21,725 nt of DNA from NCBI GenBank assembly GCA_039024555.1, contig JBCCQQ010000082.1, positions 1 through 21,725 on the forward strand. The letters are read 5' to 3'. The notes below the pieces were generated by a model. The model worked only from the letters and a program-made list of their open reading frames with translations, was not told where the DNA came from and ran no database searches. Source of the stretch: Cyanobacteria bacterium P01_D01_bin.156. GTDB lineage: Bacteria; Cyanobacteriota; Cyanobacteriia; Phormidesmidales; Phormidesmidaceae. Shown one piece after another: positions 1 to 7,343 of this stretch; positions within the stretch are counted from its first letter, which is position 1, and the number at the start of each line of letters is the position of its first letter. Position numbers and translations under genes: made by a program.

Positions 1-115
1 CCTTGATTCATAAGGCTCTTGGGGTTTTTTCGAGGTTGCCTATCCGCCCAAACAGTACACTTGAACTCAGTATTTTCACTATATTTGGATACAAGGGGTT
101 CACCACATCGAAAAA

Positions 116-148
116 GATTCAGGTATACTTTGTTTTTTCACCTGAATC
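116..148 (-). terminator. Inverted repeat GATTCAGGT/ACCTGAATC, candidate minus-strand terminator
   Basis: 9-bp perfect stem (116-124/140-148) with a 15-nt loop, followed on the minus strand by TTTTT (111-115). Confidence 0.45.
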
Positions 149-149
149 C

Positions 150-278
150 TTAACAGACGTCGTAATAATCAGGGCAAGCGCGTAGCTTTTTGAGGCAAAA
201 GACACATTCCTGGGCCATTTTATACTGATATCTTTCAGGGGCTCGGAAGAAAGAACATAGGCAGGTCAATACACACAT
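150..278 (-). CDS. Putative 42-aa cysteine-rich small protein (not in the ORF track)
   Basis: Manual translation MCVLTCLCSFFRAPERYQYKMAQECVFCLKKLRACPDYYDVC*. AAGGAGG at 281-287 lies only 2 nt from the ATG. A hairpin plus T-run follows the stop. Confidence 0.25.
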   Translation of the reverse strand: MCVLTCLCSFFRAPERYQYKMAQECVFCLKKLRACPDYYDVC

Positions 279-322
279 GGCCTCCTTTCGATTTTGTAAT
301 CTTTGTGAGATTTATAACCGCT

Positions 323-568
323 ATGGGAAGGGCAGGAAAAGCACTTAAACATGTACTCACTCAGTACGGTATTAGTCAAAATCGTTTGGCTGTGACAATG
401 GGCGTGGCTCGTTCCACAGTCAATCAATGGGTCAATGAGGTGAGTGATCCACTCGCTGACTCAATTCCAGAAATTATTATTGCTCTGGAAACACTAGAAC
501 CGGCTGCTGCAAATATTTTCCTCAGCATGTACTTAGAAAGAGGAGCTGAAGCAGCCGCCGAGCGTTAA
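323..568 (+). CDS. XRE/Cro-family helix-turn-helix transcriptional regulator
   Basis: GISQNRLAVTMGVARSTVNQWVNEVSDP is an HTH_3-type motif. ATG 323 (MGRAGKALK) is preferred over GTG 305. Confidence 0.85.
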   Translation: MGRAGKALKHVLTQYGISQNRLAVTMGVARSTVNQWVNEVSDPLADSIPEIIIALETLEPAAANIFLSMYLERGAEAAAER

Positions 569-586
569 CACTATGACGGTTGTTAT

Positions 587-2068
587 TTAGGGAATCCAGA
601 GCGGATTCAGCCCTGGAAAGGGCAGCATCTTAGGCTCAATAGCTTTTGGTTGTTTGTTGATGCGAGCTTCAGAAGTTGGATACAGCGGTAACAACCATAG
701 TTGAGAAGTTGCGATCGCAACTCCATCATTTACAATCGCTGAATTATCTGCACCCGGTATAACTTCGTCGTACAAAATAGCTAACCCATCAGGCGCAAGA
801 CTCATATGACCCGACGGTTGTGGAGGCAGTTGCCGCAGCTCCTCCACATCTTCAGTGTTCAAGTTAATGACCGAAATCGCAGGCTGCACTTTGTAGGTTT
901 CTGCTTCCACCAACTCGCTGGTTAAACAAAACAAGAGTTGGCTAGTCGGATCAAACTGAGCATCTAAAATAGCCCCCGTAACATTTAGAAGCGCTTTTTC
1001 ATCACCCTGACTGGAAACCCAAAACAAGGTCTGGGTAAAGCGTTTTTCTGGATCATCTTGATTAAAGCTGACCATGGCTGCTGCAGAGCCATTATCAGCA
1101 ACATCCATAACCAGACCATATTCAGGAAGAAAGTCTAAGGTTTCTCCACTTTGTTCATCGTCAGCATCACTCAGAGCAATAATGGCCGTCCCCTGGCCCT
1201 GTTGTAAAAGTAACGATTGACTGTCAGGAGCAATAATAAAATCGCCACCAGGCTCAGTTTCCAAGCGCCGTGGCTCTTTATCCTGAGTAATAACCCAGGG
1301 ACCAAAATCCCCTGGGTTACTGCGACTGACCCTCTGAACAACAATCGTTTGTCCATCAGGGGAAAGGTCGAACTTCAGATTTTGATAGTCCTGATTGTCC
1401 AATACGATTTCAACTTGACCGCTGCCATCTGGTGAGCTTTCGCCTAAGCCAGTTGTTACCGTATATAGCCGCTGATCCTGTTGCGTATTTTGTCCTTGTT
1501 CAAGGGCAGAGAACAAAATCCGATCGCCCCGGCTGTAAGGTTTATAGTCCAAAATAGTCCACCCTTCTGGCGTCAGTGGCACCTTGGACTGGTCGCTCAG
1601 ATTGTAGAGTACTAGCCGCCCACGCTCTTCACCCTCGATACCGATATAAGTAAACGCGCGCTCACGAGATTTAAAACTGGCCTCAAAAGGCACAAAATTA
1701 GCAGAGTCTCCACTAAATCGGTCCTTCGCAATTGGCAAGCTCACTTGAAACTCATTGCCATAGGGAGCTGGAAAATTAAGGGTATAGGCCATCCGCCGCC
1801 CTGCCCAGCTAAAACGCCCCGGTAAAGGTGGTTCAATGGTCAAATTTTGCTCCACACTAGTCTGATCCATCGGGCGACTAAACGTGAGCAAAAACGCCGT
1901 ATCCATAGCCCCCACTTGCTGATTCTGCCAGGTGAAATTTCGCACCTTAGACGCTGCTGGACCACCAAACAGAATCATGCCAACCATAATGATTGCCAGG
2001 AATACCATTAGAGCCTGAGCCAAACGATCAAGGGGCTGACGCCGGGGCCGCGTTCGGGACTTAGTCAT
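587..2068 (-). CDS. Membrane-anchored protein with an Ig-like (Big_5/SbsA-like) domain and a TolB/PD40-like beta-propeller
   Basis: N-terminal TM helix, Ig-like segment LTFSRPMDQTSVEQNLTIEPPLPGRFSW, and repeated SPDG/APDS/APDG turns. Confidence 0.7.
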   Translation of the reverse strand: MTKSRTRPRRQPLDRLAQALMVFLAIIMVGMILFGGPAASKVRNFTWQNQQVGAMDTAFLLTFSRPMDQTSVEQNLTIEPPLPGRFSWAGRRMAYTLNFPAPYGNEFQVSLPIAKDRFSGDSANFVPFEASFKSRERAFTYIGIEGEERGRLVLYNLSDQSKVPLTPEGWTILDYKPYSRGDRILFSALEQGQNTQQDQRLYTVTTGLGESSPDGSGQVEIVLDNQDYQNLKFDLSPDGQTIVVQRVSRSNPGDFGPWVITQDKEPRRLETEPGGDFIIAPDSQSLLLQQGQGTAIIALSDADDEQSGETLDFLPEYGLVMDVADNGSAAAMVSFNQDDPEKRFTQTLFWVSSQGDEKALLNVTGAILDAQFDPTSQLLFCLTSELVEAETYKVQPAISVINLNTEDVEELRQLPPQPSGHMSLAPDGLAILYDEVIPGADNSAIVNDGVAIATSQLWLLPLYPTSEARINKQPKAIEPKMLPFPGLNPLWIP

Positions 2069-2101
2069 GAAGAACGTAATGATGAGAGCTACAGAGGTAG
2101 A

Positions 2102-2905
2102 TCAATACTCGTAGGGATTACGAGGTTCAGGAATAGTGTCAATCTTCGTCGGTTTAATGGTTAGCTGCCGCTGGCCATCAATGGTAGCCGTTACCATTTT
2201 TCCTTCCACCTGCAGCCAACTGTCAGGGTTATAGGCTTGACGCGACACTGCTAACTGTACAGGTAATCCCACTGGATAGGCATCCGCTGCACAACAGGTT
2301 AATACAAACCGAGATAGCATCAAATACTCTTCAGGCCATTCATTTGGATGAATGACAAATCCTGACACCTTGACCGCTTGATCAGTATAAGCATCTGGCT
2401 CTGGATATACATTTAGGGTGCGAATCCAATCAATAATTGTGCGCTCATCAGAGGCCGTTTGGCGTACAAAACGCTGGGGTTGCGAACGGGTCATGGTGAG
2501 GGTGTCAGCCACACCCCGTTGAATCGCTGTTTCACTGGCAAACGCTCTAGGGGTATAAATAAAACCCAAAACCGCTACACTCAATAAAATCAGACTGCTG
2601 AGCTGGGGAGGCAGTAAGGTGCTGTGGTTCGGTGGAGCCTGTACTCTTTTTTGTTTTGTAAGCATTGTGGTCAGCTTAAACAAAGCCATCGCCAGCAGCA
2701 CCAAAGCAGCACCATTGGCGAGCCACATATAGTCCGGATGCAGCAGCACAAAGAGCTTGCCCGTTATCCAGTATCGGAAAAAGGTCAGACTCCAAGCCAA
2801 TAGGACGGCAACATCTAACCACGGCTGGCGAAACCAGGGTTGTTTCTTAGAGGGCAACTGTCCTGGTGGGTTACTACGAGAGCGTCTAGCTCGTCTAGCT
2901 GACAT
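2102..2905 (-). CDS. TIGR03943/DUF1980 (YcgQ-like) putative permease subunit
   Basis: N-terminal TM helices with LLHP, C-terminal RFVLTCCAADAYPVG motif and terminal PRNPYEY; overlaps the upstream permease. Confidence 0.85.
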   Translation of the reverse strand: MSARRARRSRSNPPGQLPSKKQPWFRQPWLDVAVLLAWSLTFFRYWITGKLFVLLHPDYMWLANGAALVLLAMALFKLTTMLTKQKRVQAPPNHSTLLPPQLSSLILLSVAVLGFIYTPRAFASETAIQRGVADTLTMTRSQPQRFVRQTASDERTIIDWIRTLNVYPEPDAYTDQAVKVSGFVIHPNEWPEEYLMLSRFVLTCCAADAYPVGLPVQLAVSRQAYNPDSWLQVEGKMVTATIDGQRQLTIKPTKIDTIPEPRNPYEY

Positions 2906-3893
2906 AGAGGTTCATAAATAGCGTCAAGATAAAGCACATCTGTGCAGCCAGGACAAAAATGTAAAAAATCGCCCTGGGCCTAAATAGAGTCATTAGCAAA
3001 CCGATATTTTTGAGGTCGATCATCGGACCAAATACCAGAAAGGCTAACTGTGCCCCTGTGGTAAACGTAGCGGCAAAGGAAAGCGCAAAAAATGAATCTA
3101 CGGTAGAGCAAATGGAAACCACGGCTGCCAGTACCATCATGGCAATAATGGACGTGATAAAGTTTTGCCCCAGGGTCAAGATCCAGTCTCGGGGTACCGC
3201 CACTTGAACAAAAGCAGCGATCGCACTTCCTAAAATCAGGACAGCCCCCAGTTCCTTTAGCTCCTGAACCATATTGTCAATCACCAGTTGCAGCTTTATT
3301 CCCAAGGGTTGTGCTGGCATCTGGGGTAAGGCCACAGTTGGATCATCTAGCTGGAGGGTGGCCCCGCCGGTTTGTAAGAGATACGTTCCTGAACGCAGCA
3401 GCGGATTCACTGGCTCTCGCGTAAATGGTTGTTTAGGCATCTGCCTAGCTACCGCCGGTTGCAAAATAGACCGCATATCTTTCTGGCGACTAAATACCCA
3501 GGCAATCGTTACAGCAATCACCAACGTAAAAATCACCCTGAGAAATACAATCTCCGGCTGGTCGCGAAAGGCTACCCAAGTGGCCCAAAAAACAACCGGG
3601 TTGATTGTGGGGGCTGCCAACAAAAAACCGACCGCTACCGATGAAGGTGCACCTTGCACAATCAACCGTCGGGCCACCGGCACATTGCCACATTCACATA
3701 CGGGAAAGAAAACGCCCATCAAACTACCCGCGATGGCTCCCATCAGCGGAGTTTTCGGTAACAGTTTGATCAACGTACGTTCATTGACAAAGAACAACAG
3801 CAGACTGGAAAATGTCACACCGATGAGGAGAAATGGAATGGCCTCCACCAGCAGACTGAAGAAAAGCGTCAGGCCATTACTCAGTTGTTCCAT
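2895..3893 (-). CDS. DUF318/UPF0718 (YcgR-like) permease
   Basis: Motifs EAIPFLL, FPVCECGNVPVARRL, FLLAAPTINP, SICSTVD and FLVFGPMIDLKN; multiple TM helices. Confidence 0.88.
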   Translation of the reverse strand: MEQLSNGLTLFFSLLVEAIPFLLIGVTFSSLLLFFVNERTLIKLLPKTPLMGAIAGSLMGVFFPVCECGNVPVARRLIVQGAPSSVAVGFLLAAPTINPVVFWATWVAFRDQPEIVFLRVIFTLVIAVTIAWVFSRQKDMRSILQPAVARQMPKQPFTREPVNPLLRSGTYLLQTGGATLQLDDPTVALPQMPAQPLGIKLQLVIDNMVQELKELGAVLILGSAIAAFVQVAVPRDWILTLGQNFITSIIAMMVLAAVVSICSTVDSFFALSFAATFTTGAQLAFLVFGPMIDLKNIGLLMTLFRPRAIFYIFVLAAQMCFILTLFMNLYVS

Positions 3894-3918
3894 AGAGCTG
3901 TGGGGAGACTATCCATCA

Positions 3919-4617
3919 TCACCATAGAGAGATTTTACTAATACTTATTTTCCCAGAAAAGCAAACATCCACATCAGCTCCTGGGTCACGCTGTCTATCT
4001 TGGTATGCGCCAGTATAGCGAAATTGACCGCCCTCTAGGATAGATGCCGTAGGTAATGGCTGGGTACATACCGGGCAAAAAACAATCTTGGGGTCAGGGT
4101 TAGAAGCGGCAATAGATGGCAGATTAACATTCCAGAACTCCCCTGGGTTAAGGGTTTCACCCATCAGGAGAGTTAATACCTGCGCAGCACGACGAGCCGC
4201 TACCTGCCAGTCAATAGAAAAGCCTCGTGTTTTGTAATGAGAAATAGCAATGGCTGGTATTCTCAGCAACGTTGCCTCTCGGACTGCGGCCACAGTGCCC
4301 GATACATAGATATCGGCACCCAGATTACCGCCATCGTTGATACCTGATAAAACCCAGTCCAACTGAGGGTACAAATGGTTGGCTACGCGGGCACAGTCGG
4401 CAGGAGTCCCCCCAATGGCATAGTGCTGGTCAGACTGTTGTTCAACGCTGATGGCACCACCACGATTGATCTGATGGCTACAGCCAGATAGATGTTGATC
4501 TGGGGCAACAACCCCCACGTTACTCGATTGAGTAACAAGACTGGCAACAGCCTGGTACAACGCTTCAATACCCGGTGCATCAATGCCATCATCATTCGTT
4601 AAAACAATATTAGTCAC
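3919..4617 (-). CDS. surE: 5'/3'-nucleotidase SurE
   Basis: Motifs LTNDDGIDAPG, SGCSH, GTPADC and SGINDGGNLGADIYVSGTVAAVREA; GTG start. Confidence 0.95.
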   Translation of the reverse strand: MTNIVLTNDDGIDAPGIEALYQAVASLVTQSSNVGVVAPDQHLSGCSHQINRGGAISVEQQSDQHYAIGGTPADCARVANHLYPQLDWVLSGINDGGNLGADIYVSGTVAAVREATLLRIPAIAISHYKTRGFSIDWQVAARRAAQVLTLLMGETLNPGEFWNVNLPSIAASNPDPKIVFCPVCTQPLPTASILEGGQFRYTGAYQDRQRDPGADVDVCFSGKISISKISLW

Positions 4618-4628
4618 ACTAGAGTCAC

Positions 4629-5480
4629 TTACAAAACGGTTTCACCTGAAAATACTCGCACTGCAGGCCCAGTCATATAAATATGGTTATTCTCCATCGA
4701 CCACTCAATATGTAAAGGACCGCCAGGAAGTTCCACAGTAGCTTTGCGATCGCACTTACCATTGAGTACTGCTGCCACTAAGGACGCACAGGCCCCGGTT
4801 CCACAGGCCAAAGTAGCACCAGCCCCTCGCTCCCATACGCGCATCTTTAGGTAGTCTGGTCGGACTATCTGAATAAATTCGGCATTGGTACGCTGGGGAA
4901 AAACCCCATGGTTTTCCACAAGGGGACCTACCTTGGCTAAGGATACCCCATCCGTATCCTCCACAAAAGTGATGCAGTGAGGGTTGCCCATGCTGACGCA
5001 GGTTACCTGATAGATCATATCGGCCACTGTCAACGGTAGATCGATTACCTTTGCCTGAGAAGCTGCCAGGGTGGTTGGGATATCTGCCGCTAATAGCCGA
5101 GGTTCTCCCATATCCACCGTAATCTGACCGTCAGGATTCAGGGTGGGGATAATCTGCCCCGCCAACGTATCAATCGTGTAGCGATGGGCAGGGGACTGGC
5201 CACTAGCCGTATCCAGGTCTGCTAAATATCGAGCCATGCAGCGAATACCATTGCCACACATTTCCGGCTCAGAGCCATCGGAATTAAAAATCCGCATGGT
5301 GTAATCAGCACCTGACTCGCCTGGTAAAGCAAAAATAACGCCATCGGCACCGATACCTGTATTGCGAGCGCACAGCTCTACGGCCTGCTGTGGAGTTAAT
5401 ATTGGCGTTGTCTGATGACGATTGTCCACCAAAATAAAATCATTACCAAGACCGTGATACTTACTAAAGGGGAGACCCAT
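4629..5480 (-). CDS. dapF: Diaminopimelate epimerase
   Basis: Motifs [34 protein letters not shown] and [18 protein letters not shown]. Confidence 0.98.
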   Translation of the reverse strand: MGLPFSKYHGLGNDFILVDNRHQTTPILTPQQAVELCARNTGIGADGVIFALPGESGADYTMRIFNSDGSEPEMCGNGIRCMARYLADLDTASGQSPAHRYTIDTLAGQIIPTLNPDGQITVDMGEPRLLAADIPTTLAASQAKVIDLPLTVADMIYQVTCVSMGNPHCITFVEDTDGVSLAKVGPLVENHGVFPQRTNAEFIQIVRPDYLKMRVWERGAGATLACGTGACASLVAAVLNGKCDRKATVELPGGPLHIEWSMENNHIYMTGPAVRVFSGETVL

Positions 5481-5560
5481 GGCATGTGGGAATATGGGTG
5501 AATACTGTACCCGAAGTAGTATAGACCGGGTACGTTATTACTGTTTCATCTGAGATTGCT

Positions 5561-5773
5561 ATGGCTACCGAATTTGACACAGGTTTACCCAGTATTCGCC
5601 AGCTACAGAGCGCAATTCGCGATCAGAGCATGGTCGAAGTCAAACTACTCACTGGCGATGTCTTCAATGGTCTCGTTGTTTGGCAGGATATGCACGCCAT
5701 CTGTCTAAGTGTTGATGGGCAGACCATACTGACCATGAGACCAGCTATCGCTAGTATCAAGCTTTCTAGTTGA
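5561..5773 (+). CDS. hfq: Cyanobacterial Hfq-like (Sm-fold) protein
   Basis: FDTGLPSIRQLQ...VEVKLLTGD...WQD signature; divergent from dapF, the usual cyanobacterial synteny. Confidence 0.92.
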   Translation: MATEFDTGLPSIRQLQSAIRDQSMVEVKLLTGDVFNGLVVWQDMHAICLSVDGQTILTMRPAIASIKLSS

Positions 5774-6022
5774 TAACAGGGAGATTTACCATTGCTGCCT
5801 TGTAGGATGGAACGATTTGTAATTCCCTACAAGGTGCAATATTGGAAAGCTCAAGTCACTGCCGTTCCCAAGATTAGCCATGCCTAGACTGTTAGAGCTA
5901 GTGCTTGAAACGGGACTTTTATTTAAGCACCCGTTTCAAAAGTCAGCTTGATGGCTTGACCGTTTCTAAAACTTTTTACCCCAACCAATCCATAAGTTTT
6001 TACTAACGAAGTTAATCAATTG

Positions 6023-6062
6023 AAAAGTGGTGTGTTGTGCGAAAACATCACACCATTTTTTT
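6023..6062 (+). terminator. Intrinsic terminator, possibly bidirectional
   Basis: AAAAGTGGTGTG-TTGTGCGAAAACAT-CACACCATTTTTTT hairpin with a T7 tail. Confidence 0.7.
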
Positions 6063-6457
6063 AAGATGAAATCCTAAAGCTCTCCAAAACTCCACATAAC
6101 TTTTTTCAGAATATCTTTGTAACGAATCACGGTTATAAGCCCGTAAATTTGCGGATTTTTTAGCTATATTTTGGCTTGAAAACCTTAATTAAAGACACTT
6201 AGCAGGTATTCACCAACTATTTTTAGTATCGATGTCATCGTGTTTTTATGCAGTAAATGTATCCACTAGGGCACGTCCGGGAATAATAGCGTCAACATAA
6301 CTCTTGGGGGTGCTTTCCAGGGTTCAAATAGGGGTTGTTAGCGGCTGAATCAATCACTTTCTAACCTTGTAAGAAGATTGGACAGCACTTGCAAAATAAC
6401 GCCATCGGCAACATCCAAGATTGTTTATAGAGAGATGCAACGGAGCCATTTGACAGG

Positions 6458-7003
6458 ATGAGCAGTATCGAAAAAATTGTTGAGCAAGCATTACAGGATG
6501 GTTATTTAACCCCTGCTATGGAAGCTGAAGTGGGCCGCATTTGCGACACTGCCTCTGAGCTTTCGATTGAAGAATATATGGCCCTTGATCGACTCATGGG
6601 CTCCCTGCTGACGGGTGAGGTTGTTGCCGTTCCCCGCAAGCAATTTATTAATGTCATGGAGGAACTAGTGCTCACTGAAGCAATCGCTCGGGTGGCTGAA
6701 ATTGAGGCCAACAACGACTGCAGTCTTGACTTGGGCGATATTGCGGCCTATGCCCTCAACCGTCTGCCTCCCCTGTATGCCACCACTGAAGAAGGCGCAG
6801 CCTATCAGCGCAGTAAAGCGAGCGAAGCACTGGCTTCGTTGATTTCTGACCAAGTGAAGGATGCGATCTCGAACAACTTGAACCGTCCTGACTTCTTCCC
6901 AGAACGTGAGAGCATCAAGCGCTCCAGCGATGGATTCTTGGGCCAGATGAACGATCTGCTTAAGGACTATGCTCACAAGTTTGAGCCCGCCCAGGCAGCC
7001 TAG
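6458..7003 (+). CDS. comFB: Late competence development ComFB-family protein (CdgR-like cyclic-dinucleotide receptor)
   Basis: ComFB-domain motif FINVMEELV...DIAAYALNRLPPLYATTEEG, plus the cyanobacterial N-terminal EQALQDGYLTPAMEAEV extension. Confidence 0.88.
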   Translation: MSSIEKIVEQALQDGYLTPAMEAEVGRICDTASELSIEEYMALDRLMGSLLTGEVVAVPRKQFINVMEELVLTEAIARVAEIEANNDCSLDLGDIAAYALNRLPPLYATTEEGAAYQRSKASEALASLISDQVKDAISNNLNRPDFFPERESIKRSSDGFLGQMNDLLKDYAHKFEPAQAA

Positions 7004-7069
7004 ACAAAGCCACTGCGGTAACGCACATAGCGTTTACTAAGGATCTCGGCAATAATGCACCAATTTATA

Positions 7070-7143
7070 CCCTCCGGGGAGGGATGCCTCAGGCGGGGTG
7101 GGTTTCGTTCCCTAGCGCTAACGGTCAACCCACGCCGGAGGGG
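7070..7143. repeat. GC-rich palindromic dispersed repeat (REP/MITE-like), degenerate copy
   Basis: Nested inverted repeats CCCTCCGG (7070-7077)/CCGGAGGG (7135-7142) and GTGGGTT (7098-7104)/AACCCAC (7127-7133); central palindrome TAGCGCTA. Confidence 0.6.
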
Positions 7144-7254
7144 ACAGAATAGCTCACTTTGCTTCAAGCAAAATCATGGACGTTATGAAATCCTGATTCC
7201 TAAAGACCACCTTTAGCAGGGCGTCGATATTGTGGACTACATGTGAAAAATTAA

Positions 7255-7292
7255 CATAAAAAGCCTCGTTGTGAACAACGAGGCTTTTTATG
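7255..7292. terminator. Bidirectional intrinsic terminator between convergent comFB and GH57 genes
   Basis: Perfect 17-bp IR CATAAAAAGCCTCGTTG-TGAA-CAACGAGGCTTTTTATG with A/T tails on both sides. Confidence 0.9.
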
Positions 7293-7343
7293 CATTTAGA
7301 AAGAATTTATTAGAGTTTTGCTCAGCATTTAGTCAAACTGTAG

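Noticed and set aside
3..185. 60-aa + strand ORF
   Set aside because: TTG start at the window edge, no recognisable motif, and it spans a hairpin; probably spurious
3010..3927. Antisense and alternate-frame ORFs over the permease, including the 217-aa one
   Set aside because: Shadow ORFs of a well-supported gene, with no protein-like motifs
5774..6457. CRISPR array or IS element in the long hfq-comFB spacer
   Set aside because: No regularly spaced direct repeats, no transposase ORF and no clear terminal IR with target duplication
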